64,000 nucleotides of DNA, taken from positions 1 to 64,000 of the forward strand of contig JAYKHR010000174.1 of NCBI GenBank assembly GCA_035285125.1, written 5' to 3'. The DNA is from Candidatus Sericytochromatia bacterium. Its GTDB lineage: Bacteria > Cyanobacteriota > Sericytochromatia > S15B-MN24 > JAQBPE01. The notes beneath the pieces were generated by a model. The model saw only the letters and a program-made list of their open reading frames with translations, was not told the origin of the DNA and did no database searches. This document shows positions 9,728-18,656 of this stretch, one piece after another. Position numbers and translations under genes: made by a program. The number at the start of each line of letters is the position of its first letter. Position 1 is the first letter of the stretch.

Positions 9728-11075
9728 CGGGACCGCGGGGCGCTGGCTGGCGGGACAGCCCGTCCGGCCGGCCCCCCGCCCGTCCCTGAGGCCCGTCCTG
9801 AGGCCGCGGCCTCGGGCCAGCGGGCCTGGGCGCGACGGGTTGGGAGGCCTGAGGCCTCGGGGCGCCCCCGTTCACGGCCCGGGCTGGTGCCACAGGCTGC
9901 TTGCCCGCGGCGCCGACGGCCGCCACCGGCCGGGCCTGCGGCTCTGACGGGATCGGGGCCGCACTGGCCTCCCAACGGGTGGTCTGGAGCCGCTGCTTGA
10001 GGCCCTTTTGAAGCTGGCGCCACTTGTCGCCGTCCTCGGGGCCGAGCAGCGTGACGGCCACGCCCTTGCGGCCAGCCCGGCCCGTGCGGCCCACGCGGTG
10101 GGTCAGCAGCTCGGACGTCTCGGGCAGCTCGTAGTTGATGACGAGGTCCACGTGGTCCACGTCGAGCCCCCGCGCCGCGACGTTGGTCGCCAGGAGGATC
10201 GGCACGGCGCCGTCGCGGAACTCGGCCATCACCCGGTCCCGGGCGTTCTGGCTGAGGTTGCCCTGCAGCGCGGCCACCGGGTAGCCCTGGGCCGCCAGCT
10301 GCTTCGCGAGCTTCTTCACGCCGTGCTTGGTGCGGCCGAACACGATGATCGAGCCCGGGCCGCGGCCGTCGAGCAGGCGCTGCAGCACCTCGAGCTTGGG
10401 CGTCGCGGCCACGTCGAACACGCGGTGCTCGATGTCGGGCTGCTCGCGCGGTGCGGTGTCGAGCTGGACCCGGACAGGCGAGCGCAGGTGCTGCTCGCAG
10501 GTCTGCAGCACCCAGGGCGGGACGGTGGCCGAAAACAGGGCGCTCTGACGCTTCTGGGGCAGCCGCGCCATGATCTTCTCGACGGCGGGAGCGAAGCCGC
10601 GGTCGAGCATCTCGTCGGCCTCGTCAAGCACGAAATAGTGCACCCGCCCGAGGTCGAGGTCGCGGCGCTGGAGCAGGTCCTGGACGCGGCCCGGCGCGCC
10701 GACCACCACGTGGGCCCCGCGCCTCAGGGCCTCCGCCTGCGGCCCGATGGCCCGGCCACCGAAGGCCAGCACCGTCTTGATGCCGGCCGCCTTGCCCAGG
10801 GCGTCGATGACGCTGCCGACCTGCACGGCGAGCTCCCGCGTGGGGCAGAGCACCAGGGCCTGCACGTGTGGCTCGCGCGGGTTCACGAACTCCACGAGGG
10901 GGATCGCGAAGGCGAGTGTCTTACCGGACCCCGTGCGGGCCTGGCCGATGACGTCCTGCTCGGCGAGCAGGGGGGGGATGGCTTGCTGCTGGATGGGGGT
11001 GGGGGTGTCGATGCCCATTGCCCCCAGGGCGGCCATGGTGGTGCCCCGCAGCTCGAACGAGTTGAAACCTGACAA
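9660..11075 (-). CDS. DEAD-box ATP-dependent RNA helicase
   Basis: Motifs TPIQ, ARTGSGKT, PTRELA, LDEADEM, SAT, ARGLD, HRVGRTGRAG. TTG start with AGAGG RBS. Confidence 0.95.
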   Translation of the reverse strand: MSGFNSFELRGTTMAALGAMGIDTPTPIQQQAIPPLLAEQDVIGQARTGSGKTLAFAIPLVEFVNPREPHVQALVLCPTRELAVQVGSVIDALGKAAGIKTVLAFGGRAIGPQAEALRRGAHVVVGAPGRVQDLLQRRDLDLGRVHYFVLDEADEMLDRGFAPAVEKIMARLPQKRQSALFSATVPPWVLQTCEQHLRSPVRVQLDTAPREQPDIEHRVFDVAATPKLEVLQRLLDGRGPGSIIVFGRTKHGVKKLAKQLAAQGYPVAALQGNLSQNARDRVMAEFRDGAVPILLATNVAARGLDVDHVDLVINYELPETSELLTHRVGRTGRAGRKGVAVTLLGPEDGDKWRQLQKGLKQRLQTTRWEASAAPIPSEPQARPVAAVGAAGKQPVAPARAVNGGAPRPQASQPVAPRPAGPRPRPQDGPQGRAGGRPDGLSRQPAPRGPVTARSGSPDAPSRRQPGGPRRP

Positions 11076-11294
11076 AATAGCCTCTGGCTTTCATCGGGGA
11101 GGCGGCCGCTGGCCTCCCTGCGGCCCCCGAAAGGGGCCGGAGTTGAAGCTGCCTTCGCGGCTGGCGTGGCCCGTGGGACCGACGCAGGGGGCAGCGTCAG
11201 GGGCCTGAAGGCGACGTGCGCCGCGGGACACCCTGGCTTCAGCGTACCACGGCGGATGCCGTCACGCGAGCCGCCTGCGCCGCTCGCCGGGCGC

Positions 11295-12518
11295 TCAGCG
11301 GAGGCTGCTGACGGCCCGCGCGGCGTTCAGGCGACCCGCGCCGAACTTGGGGTCGCGCCCGGGGGCGCCGAGGTCGTCGGCCGTGCGCTCGAGGTGCTCC
11401 CGGACCTGGCGCCAGGTCCAGTCAGGGTGGAGCCCCCGCACCATGGTCGCGACGGCGGCCACCATCGGCGTGGCCATCGACGTGCCGGAGAAGGTGCCGT
11501 AGCCTCCGAACTTCAGGCGGAACGTGGCGAAGATGTCGACGCCGGGCGCCGCGAGCGACACCGTGTCGCCGTAGTTCGAGAAGCGGGCCTTGCGGTCGTC
11601 GGGCGTGGTGGCCGCCACCTCGATGACGCCCGGGAACGTGCTTGGCAGGTGCGGTCGCCTCTCTGGGTCGTTCTCGACGTTTTCGTTGCCGGCCGACGCG
11701 ACGAGCACCACGTCTCGCTCGAGGGCGTAGCGCAGCGCCGCCTCGAACAGGGGGGACTGCTTGCCGGCGCCGAAGCTCATGGAGACCACCCGGGCACCGT
11801 GGTCGACGGCGTGGACCAGCCCTGCCGCGAAGGTGGCGTCATCGCCGCGCCCGTTCGCGTCCATGATCTTCACGACCATGAGGCTGGCCTGCGGCGCGAC
11901 GCCCGCCACGCCCACGCCGTTGTCGGCCGCGGCGGCAGCGACGCCCGCCACGTGGTTGCCGTGGCCGTAGTCGTCCTCGGGCCAGGCGCCGGGCGTGAGG
12001 ACGTTGTGGCTGTCGGGGTGAAGGCGCCCGGCGAACTCAGGGTGGGAGGTGTCGATGCCGGTGTCGAGGATGGCGAGGGGGCCGCCCTCGGCGCCTCGCG
12101 TCACCTTCCAGGCGTCGAAGGCTCCGATCTGCGGCAGGTGACGCTGTTTGCCCACCAGGGGGTCGTCGGGCAGGCCCTCGGCGACGATCTGCACGGTGGG
12201 GTGCGCCCAGACGACGTCCGGGTCCTGGTCGAGCGTGGCGGCCAGGCCGGCAACAGCCTGGCCCACAGGGGCCTGCAGCACGACGACGTTCAGTGCCGGG
12301 ATGCGAAGGGCCACCCGCGCCCCGGCCAGTGCCTGGCCGTCGAGCACGCTGCCAGGTCTCACCCTGACGGCCAGCCGACCCCGTGCGACGCCCGACGCGT
12401 CAAACCTGGCCGCCCCGGCCGAGAACCCCGCCGACAAGGCGGGGCGAGGGGGCGACCCGGTGAGGGGGGCACAGGCCGTGGCCGTGAGAACGGCCCCGGC
12501 CGCAAGGATGCGGCGCAT
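11295..12518 (-). CDS. S8 (subtilisin-like) serine peptidase lipoprotein
   Basis: Lipobox ATAC. Catalytic triad in ILDTGID, HGNHVAG, GTSMATP. Confidence 0.93.
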   Translation of the reverse strand: MRRILAAGAVLTATACAPLTGSPPRPALSAGFSAGAARFDASGVARGRLAVRVRPGSVLDGQALAGARVALRIPALNVVVLQAPVGQAVAGLAATLDQDPDVVWAHPTVQIVAEGLPDDPLVGKQRHLPQIGAFDAWKVTRGAEGGPLAILDTGIDTSHPEFAGRLHPDSHNVLTPGAWPEDDYGHGNHVAGVAAAAADNGVGVAGVAPQASLMVVKIMDANGRGDDATFAAGLVHAVDHGARVVSMSFGAGKQSPLFEAALRYALERDVVLVASAGNENVENDPERRPHLPSTFPGVIEVAATTPDDRKARFSNYGDTVSLAAPGVDIFATFRLKFGGYGTFSGTSMATPMVAAVATMVRGLHPDWTWRQVREHLERTADDLGAPGRDPKFGAGRLNAARAVSSLR

Positions 12519-12531
12519 GACAAGCTCCAGG

Positions 12532-12557
12532 TTAACTTCAGGTGAACCTGAAATTAA
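12532..12557. promoter_or_regulatory. TTAA-N7-TGAA-N7-TTAA site upstream of the S8 peptidase
   Basis: 11-bp phasing. Also contains the inverted repeat TTCAGGT-GA-ACCTGAA. Confidence 0.55.
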
Positions 12558-12633
12558 TCATACCTCGTCACGGTCTGCCGGGCGAGGGCCACCCACCGCT
12601 GTGGGGCGGCCCTGCCGGGCGCGCGGGAATGGC

Positions 12634-12861
12634 TCAGAAGCTGAGCAGCTTGCGCAGGAAGCTGACGCTGCGCTCGGGCCCTGCACCCTCGATGACCATC
12701 GTGGGCTGGGGCTCGGCAGGCTTGGGGAACGACAGGACCAGCTCCGAGTCGAACCGGGCGCTGCTGGGCACGGTGGCGGATGCGCCGGTGCCAGGCGCTG
12801 GGAGCGATGCCTTCGGCGCTGCGGGCGTCGGGCGGTTGGCGGCGATGGGGCTCGGGGTCAT
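12634..12861 (-). CDS. Small hypothetical protein (75 aa)
   Basis: GGAGG RBS before ATG 12861. Co-oriented directly downstream of 12890-13318. Confidence 0.55.
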   Translation of the reverse strand: MTPSPIAANRPTPAAPKASLPAPGTGASATVPSSARFDSELVLSFPKPAEPQPTMVIEGAGPERSVSFLRKLLSF

Positions 12862-12889
12862 GGCAGTGGTCCTCCAGGTGTCGGGGGGC

Positions 12890-13318
12890 TCAGGCGGTGT
12901 GGGAACGACAGGTCTTGGCGGCGCGCTCGTAGGCGGCGTACGCCCGGCGGGTGACGGAGGCCACCTTGGTGGCGGACGCGAGCCGAAGCAGGCCACTGGC
13001 TGCCACGAGGCCCACGCCGACGATGGTGGCGAGGACGGCCAGCGGTGAGGTCAGGCCCGCCAGGACGAGCCCCGCCACCCCGGCCACCGCGGCGGTCGCG
13101 CCGAAGGCCGTCAGCGTGGTCGCGATCCGGCGCGCCTTGCGGGCCTCGTCACGGGCAGCCTCGATGCGCGATTGCGCGGTGCGCCAGTCCTCGATGAGGT
13201 AGTGGCCGTCGCGGCAGCGGAGGTCGGGGCTGGGGGCCACCGGGGCGGTGGCGGCGGGACCCATGGCGGCCGCCGCTGGGAGCCGGGGCTGGCGGGGTAG
13301 GGTGACGGCGCTGGGCAC
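12890..13318 (-). CDS. Hypothetical membrane protein with two hydrophobic helices
   Basis: GGAGG RBS before GTG. Coiled segment followed by a hydrophobic hairpin. Confidence 0.6.
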   Translation of the reverse strand: MPSAVTLPRQPRLPAAAAMGPAATAPVAPSPDLRCRDGHYLIEDWRTAQSRIEAARDEARKARRIATTLTAFGATAAVAGVAGLVLAGLTSPLAVLATIVGVGLVAASGLLRLASATKVASVTRRAYAAYERAAKTCRSHTA

Positions 13319-13400
13319 GGGGCCTCCGGGGTGGAACGGGTGACGAGATGCCTTGTGGGCGTCCGTGGTTCCGGCCGGGTTCCGTCTGGGGAAGGGGGTG

Positions 13401-13415
13401 TTAAGAATCGCTTAA
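13401..13415. promoter_or_regulatory. Perfect TTAA-N7-TTAA site
   Basis: TTAA-GAATCGC-TTAA upstream of 12890-13318. Confidence 0.6.
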
Positions 13416-13434
13416 ACCGCCGAGTGGCTCCGCG

Positions 13435-13839
13435 TCACGAGAGCCGCACGGCGCGTCGGAACATGTCCAACATCGCCTGCAACTCGTCATCGCTGTGGGC
13501 CGAACTGCGCAGCAGGGTCGGGTCGAAGCCCACGGCCGAGTACCCCCGCGGCGCGACCCAGGCCATCTGCCACTCGCCGAACAGCCTCTCCGCGGGCCGT
13601 TGCTCCGAGAACACGTGGATGCCGTGATGCCTGGGATCGCGCTCGATCTTGGCCCAGAGCGCTTGCACCAACGGCTCCGGGCCCTCCAGCACTTGAAAGA
13701 AGGAGAGGTCGTGATACAGCAGGGCCCCCGAGATGTCCGTGCGCGCGTTGGAGGCCCTGCTGTGCGCCAGCAAGGCCTCCAGCGCGTCGTGGCCTTGGGG
13801 GGCGCTGGCGGTGGAGGTGTAAAACAGTCGAAGCAACAT
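13435..13839 (-). CDS. Stand-alone BLUF domain blue-light sensor
   Basis: LFYTS (Tyr), SRASN...ISGALLY, FFQVLEG (Gln), IERDPRH, RLFGEWQM (Trp/Met). True start is ATG 13839, inside the longer listed ORF. Confidence 0.92.
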   Translation of the reverse strand: MLLRLFYTSTASAPQGHDALEALLAHSRASNARTDISGALLYHDLSFFQVLEGPEPLVQALWAKIERDPRHHGIHVFSEQRPAERLFGEWQMAWVAPRGYSAVGFDPTLLRSSAHSDDELQAMLDMFRRAVRLS

Positions 13840-13984
13840 GGTCTTTCCGATGCCGTGGCGACGCCCTGCCGCCCGCCTTCTGTGCCGCGCCCGGGGCCAG
13901 CAGGCCGGTGTCGTGGCCCTGGCTAGGGGTCTTCTACGGAGATGAGGGCAGGGCTCATCTGCTATGCTGGGGCCACCTGAAGCC

Positions 13985-15130
13985 ATGCCTACCCCGCCCG
14001 AAGCCCTACCCACCATCTTGCTGGTCGACGACGTGCCGGAAAACCTTCGGGTGCTGGCCGACCTGCTGCTGCAGCACGGCCTGTCGCCTCGGCCGACCAC
14101 CAGCGCCAAGGGAGCCCTGCGGCTGCTCGAGACGCTCCCTGTCGACCTCATCCTGCTCGACGTCAACATGCCGGAGATGAGCGGCTTCGAGCTCTGCTCC
14201 CACCTCAAGCAGGACCCGCGGTTCGCGGACATCCCCGTCATCTTCCTGTCTGCCGCCCACGAGACCGACCACAAGGTCCAGGCCTTCCAGCGGGGCGGGG
14301 TGGACTACATCACCAAGCCCTTCCAGTTCGAGGAGGTCCGCGCCCGGGTCCAGACCCACCTGCGCCTGCGCAGGCTGCAGCGAGAACAGGTGCAGCTGCT
14401 CGATCGCACCCTTGGCGGGCTCGTTCGGACGCTGGTGGAGTGCCTGCAGCTGGCGTCTCCAAGTGCCTTCGCCCGCGCCAGCGCCGTGCGCGCCTGCGTC
14501 GAGCACCTCACGTCGGAAATGCCGGCGGAGCAGCGCTGGGCCATCCGGATGGCCGGCACGCTCGCCTACGTGGGGTGCCTGGCGCTGCCCGATGAGGTCG
14601 TTTTGGATGCCTTCACCGCGCCGCGCCAGGACCCTGAGCAGGAGGCCCGGTTCGCACGCCACGCGGAGCTTGGGGCCCAACTGCTGGCCGAGATCCCCAG
14701 GTTGGAGGACGTGGCCCGCATTGTTGGGGCCCAGCTCGTGGGCTCGTTGCCTCTCGACAACCACAGCGTCGCCCTGGGCATCCGCATCCTGCGGCTGGCC
14801 CAGGCCTACTGCGGGGAGCTCGCCGCCGGCAACGAGCCCGCTGCCGCGCTGGCGATGCTGCGTCGGCGGCAGCCGGCCGACGCCGAACACCTGGAGCGGC
14901 TCGCGGGCTTCCGGGCCACCCCGGGCGACGACGCCCCCATCGAGGGCTCGGTGGCGGACCTCTCGGACGGCGCCGTCCTCGTGCGGCCCGTGCGATCCGT
15001 GGAGGGGGCGCTGGTGCTGGCGGAGGGCCTCGAGTTGACACCCGTGTTGCGCTACCGCCTCAGCGAGTACGTCCGCAGCAGGCGGGTGCCCGACACGTTC
15101 CTCTTTCGTCGCCCTCCGACCGGCACCTGA
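13985..15130 (+). CDS. Response regulator with degenerate HD-GYP-like output domain
   Basis: REC motifs LLVDD, LLDVNMP, IFLSA, DYITKPF. C-terminal HD-like fold has LAYVG in place of LHDIG and lacks HHE/GYP. Confidence 0.85.
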   Translation: MPTPPEALPTILLVDDVPENLRVLADLLLQHGLSPRPTTSAKGALRLLETLPVDLILLDVNMPEMSGFELCSHLKQDPRFADIPVIFLSAAHETDHKVQAFQRGGVDYITKPFQFEEVRARVQTHLRLRRLQREQVQLLDRTLGGLVRTLVECLQLASPSAFARASAVRACVEHLTSEMPAEQRWAIRMAGTLAYVGCLALPDEVVLDAFTAPRQDPEQEARFARHAELGAQLLAEIPRLEDVARIVGAQLVGSLPLDNHSVALGIRILRLAQAYCGELAAGNEPAAALAMLRRRQPADAEHLERLAGFRATPGDDAPIEGSVADLSDGAVLVRPVRSVEGALVLAEGLELTPVLRYRLSEYVRSRRVPDTFLFRRPPTGT

Positions 15131-15217
15131 CACGCCTGCAGACCCTCTCGTGGTATAACGAGCGGGGCGCTTCCTGCCTTCGCGCCCGCCCGGCAGCGAC
15201 GACCGACGAGGCCTCCC

Positions 15218-16114
15218 ATGTCCACCATCCTGATCACCGGCACCAGCAGCGGATTTGGACGACAAGCAGCGCTCGAGCTGGCCCGTCGTGGCCACCGCGT
15301 CTTCGCGGGCATGCGAGATCCCGCCACCCGGGCTGACGGGGCGGGCGAACGACTGGCGGCCGAGGCGGCAGGCACCGGGCTCGAGGTCGTCGCGCTCGAC
15401 GTGACGGAGGCGGCCTCCGTTGAGGCCGCCGTGGCGCACGTCCGGGCCACGTCCGGGCCCGTCGACGTGCTGGTCAACAACGCGGGCATTGCCGCCGGGG
15501 GGGTGACGGAGGCCTTCACCGAGGCCGACGCCCAGCGCCTGTTCGACGTCAACGTGTTCGGGCAGCTCCGCCTGGCCCGGGCCGTGCTGCCCGAGATGCG
15601 CGCCCGAGGGGCCGGCCTCATCGTCAACGTCACGAGCACCCTGAGCCGGGAGGTCATCCCCTTCCTTGCCATCTACCAGGCCACCAAGTTCGCGCTGGAG
15701 GGGCTCTGGGAGGCGTGGCGGTACGAGCTGACCGGGCAAGGCGTGGAGGTGGTGCTCGTGCAGCCTGGCACCTTCCCGACGACGGCCATCGTGCAGAACC
15801 TCGTTCCCCCGGGAGACCCCGAGCGGGCGACCGGCTATGCGGACCTGCTGCCCCGCATCGACACCTTCTTCGGTGGCCTGGCGGCCTACGCGCAGTCGGG
15901 GCAGGCTCCCGATCCCGCGCTCGTGGGGACGGCCATCGCCGAAATCGTGGCGGTCCCCGCCGGCCAGCGGCCCGTCCGCGTGGTGGTGGACCCCAACGGC
16001 CCCGGCGCTGCGAGCCGCCTGAACGCCCTCGCTGCCGCCGAGCAGGAGGCGATCCTCAGCCACCTTGGCCTCGGGGACCTGCTGGTGGCCCGCCAGAGGG
16101 TCACGGGCGCGTGA
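15218..16114 (+). CDS. Short-chain dehydrogenase/reductase
   Basis: TGTSSGFG, NNAG, YQATK (YxxxK). Confidence 0.92.
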   Translation: MSTILITGTSSGFGRQAALELARRGHRVFAGMRDPATRADGAGERLAAEAAGTGLEVVALDVTEAASVEAAVAHVRATSGPVDVLVNNAGIAAGGVTEAFTEADAQRLFDVNVFGQLRLARAVLPEMRARGAGLIVNVTSTLSREVIPFLAIYQATKFALEGLWEAWRYELTGQGVEVVLVQPGTFPTTAIVQNLVPPGDPERATGYADLLPRIDTFFGGLAAYAQSGQAPDPALVGTAIAEIVAVPAGQRPVRVVVDPNGPGAASRLNALAAAEQEAILSHLGLGDLLVARQRVTGA

Positions 16115-18633
16115 CGGGCGACACCGGCCCCTTGCTGCTGGTCGGCCCCGGCGGGGTCGCGGCCGAGGCCCTGGCCGACGTGCTGGTCGGCCACGGGCGG
16201 CAGGTGGTGAGCCAACTGGCCTCAGACGGCCTTCAGGGGCTCACCGAGACCCCGTGGCGCGCCGTCCTGCTTGGGCCCGTTCGCGCTGTGCCCGAGGCCT
16301 GGGAAGAGGCCGCCGCCGCCTGCCTGGTGACGTTGCGGGTGCCCATTATCGCCTTCGGGGAAGATGCTCCGGGGCTGGCAAGGGTGGCCCGGGCAGGCTT
16401 GGCCTCCGCCGTGCTGCCGATGCCCTGCGCGCCGGATGCCGCCTGCGTGGTGGTGGAGGCTGCGCTGGTTCAGCACGCGCGAGCCGCTCGCGTGGAGGAC
16501 GAGCTCGCGACCAGCCTGGCGCTCAAACGAGCGATCCTTCACGAGACGCCAGCGGTCGTCTACGCCAAGGACCGGGACCTGCGCTTCTTGCTCAGCAACA
16601 CGCGTCACGCTGCCCTGGTCGGCCGGCCGCAAGATGACATCATCGGCCTCACGGACGTCGACCTGTTCGGGGAGGGGGGGACGGAGATCGAGGCGCTCAG
16701 CCGCCAGGTCCTCGAGTCCGGAGAGCCCCAGACCTCAGAGTTCGAGCTGCCTCTCGCCAACGGGCTGCGCTACTTCCACGAGACCATCTTCCCGATCCGG
16801 GCTGACAGTGGTCGGCTTATCGGGGTTGCAGGCATCGCCACGGACCTCACGGAGGTGCGGCACCAGCAGCTGATGGTCGAGAAGCTGCGCGCCACCTTTC
16901 AAATCATGCTCGACGCCTCGCCCGTGGCGCTGTTGTTGCTGGAGCTCGATGGCCGCGTGGCGCTGGCGAACGAGGCGGCAGGTCACATCCTGGCACGAAC
17001 GTCTCTGATTGGTACGCCGTTCTCGGGCCTTGTCCCCGACCTCGACCTCGACAGCCTGGGCAGCCAGGCCCACGAGCGCCCTCGCAGTCACGTGGACGTG
17101 GAGCTGGTGCTGCCTGATGGCGGGACGCGCCCGGCCGAGTTGCGGGCCAGCCGCGTCGACCTGCCGGACGGGGGAGCCCTCCTCGTCTCCCTCGTCGACC
17201 TGACGGTTCGCAAGGTCACGGAGGAGCGGCTGCGCGAGGCCCAGCAGCATGCCGAGGTGGCGGCCAGGGCCAAGGGTGCCTTTTTGGCTCATATGAGCCA
17301 CGAGATCCGCACGCCGATGAATGCCGTGCTGGGCTTCGCCCAGCTCCTCGAGAGAGATGCGAGCCTCGGCCCGACCCAGCTGGAGCGGGTGCGCACCATT
17401 CTGCGAGCGGGCGACCACCTGCTGACGCTCGTGAACCAGGTGCTCGACATGTCCGTCATCGAGGCCGGGCGGGTCGACATCCAGCGCGAACTGGTCCTGA
17501 CAGAGGACCTCCTGGACTCCGTGCTCGAGATGTTCCAGAACCGCGCCGTGCGTGCGCGTATCTGGCTCCGGTCCGAGCTGGGCGGCGGGGTGCCGCGGGC
17601 CTTCCTCGGGGATGAAGGGAAGATGCGGCAAATCCTGGTCAACCTCGTGGGCAACGCCGTCCGTATCGTCAAACAGGGCGGCGTGACGCTCCGGCTCGAG
17701 GTCTGTCGAGACGCGGCCGCACCGACCCTCCGCATGCATGTCGTGGACACAGGGCCGGGAATTCCCCCCGAGGACCAGGCGCGCATCTTCGGTGCCTTCG
17801 AGCAGGCCGGCAGCTCCTCGGCACGGGGGGGGGCCGGCCTCGGGCTGTCCATCAGCCACCGGTACGCCGAGCTGATGGGGGGCTCGCTGTCGGTCGAGAG
17901 CACGGTCGGCGAGGGCACCACCTTCACGCTCACCCTGCCGCTCGAGGGCGCCATCGGGGCGTTCGACGCCCCGGAGCCGTTGGCGCCCGTCGCCAGGGGC
18001 CGCTCCCTGGGGCGCCGCCCGCGCGTGCTGGCCGTGGACGACGAGCCGGACAACCGGACGTTGCTGGCGCAGATGCTCGAGGCCGACGGCTTCGACGTCA
18101 CGTGCGTGCCTGACGGGGCGGCTGCCCTGGCAGCCGTGCAGGCCGAGGTGCCCGACCTGGTCGTGATGGACTACCGGATGCCGGGGATGGATGGCCTGCA
18201 GGCCACGGCAGCCCTGCGGACCCTGGAGCCGCCCTTCCACGGCCCCGTGCTGCTGCTCACGGCCTCGGTCTTCGAGCAGCTGGACGAGCGGGCGATCCGG
18301 GCAGGCGCCAACCGCTACCTGCGCAAGCCCGTGAAGCGCCAGGACCTCCTCAACGCCGCCTGCGAGTTGCTGGACATCGACCCGCCCGCCGCCGCCGGCG
18401 GGGGCACCGAGGGGCCTGTGGAGGCCGCGGCCGGTGCCCCCGAAGACATCCCGGCGGCCCTCGCGAGCCAGCTCCGAGAAGCCGTCGAGCAGTGCGACTA
18501 CGGCAGGCTGATGGCCTTGGCGCAGGGGGTTGCCGCGAGCCACCCCAACCTGTCCCGCGTGGCGGCGGCGGCTGCCGCCAGCTTCGACTACACGGATCTC
18601 AGCGCCCTGCTCGACGCTGCCGGCACCGCCTGA
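16111..18633 (+). CDS. Hybrid sensor histidine kinase (pseudo-receiver, 2x PAS, HisKA, HATPase_c, REC)
   Basis: GTGA overlap with the SDR stop. PAS-like YAKDRDLRFLLSN; H-box MSHEIRTPMNAV; NLVGNA, DTGPGI, GAGLGL; REC AVDD, MDYRMP. No TM segment. Confidence 0.92.
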   Translation: MTGDTGPLLLVGPGGVAAEALADVLVGHGRQVVSQLASDGLQGLTETPWRAVLLGPVRAVPEAWEEAAAACLVTLRVPIIAFGEDAPGLARVARAGLASAVLPMPCAPDAACVVVEAALVQHARAARVEDELATSLALKRAILHETPAVVYAKDRDLRFLLSNTRHAALVGRPQDDIIGLTDVDLFGEGGTEIEALSRQVLESGEPQTSEFELPLANGLRYFHETIFPIRADSGRLIGVAGIATDLTEVRHQQLMVEKLRATFQIMLDASPVALLLLELDGRVALANEAAGHILARTSLIGTPFSGLVPDLDLDSLGSQAHERPRSHVDVELVLPDGGTRPAELRASRVDLPDGGALLVSLVDLTVRKVTEERLREAQQHAEVAARAKGAFLAHMSHEIRTPMNAVLGFAQLLERDASLGPTQLERVRTILRAGDHLLTLVNQVLDMSVIEAGRVDIQRELVLTEDLLDSVLEMFQNRAVRARIWLRSELGGGVPRAFLGDEGKMRQILVNLVGNAVRIVKQGGVTLRLEVCRDAAAPTLRMHVVDTGPGIPPEDQARIFGAFEQAGSSSARGGAGLGLSISHRYAELMGGSLSVESTVGEGTTFTLTLPLEGAIGAFDAPEPLAPVARGRSLGRRPRVLAVDDEPDNRTLLAQMLEADGFDVTCVPDGAAALAAVQAEVPDLVVMDYRMPGMDGLQATAALRTLEPPFHGPVLLLTASVFEQLDERAIRAGANRYLRKPVKRQDLLNAACELLDIDPPAAAGGGTEGPVEAAAGAPEDIPAALASQLREAVEQCDYGRLMALAQGVAASHPNLSRVAAAAAASFDYTDLSALLDAAGTA

Positions 18634-18656
18634 CGCTGCCTCGGATGGAGGTCCCG

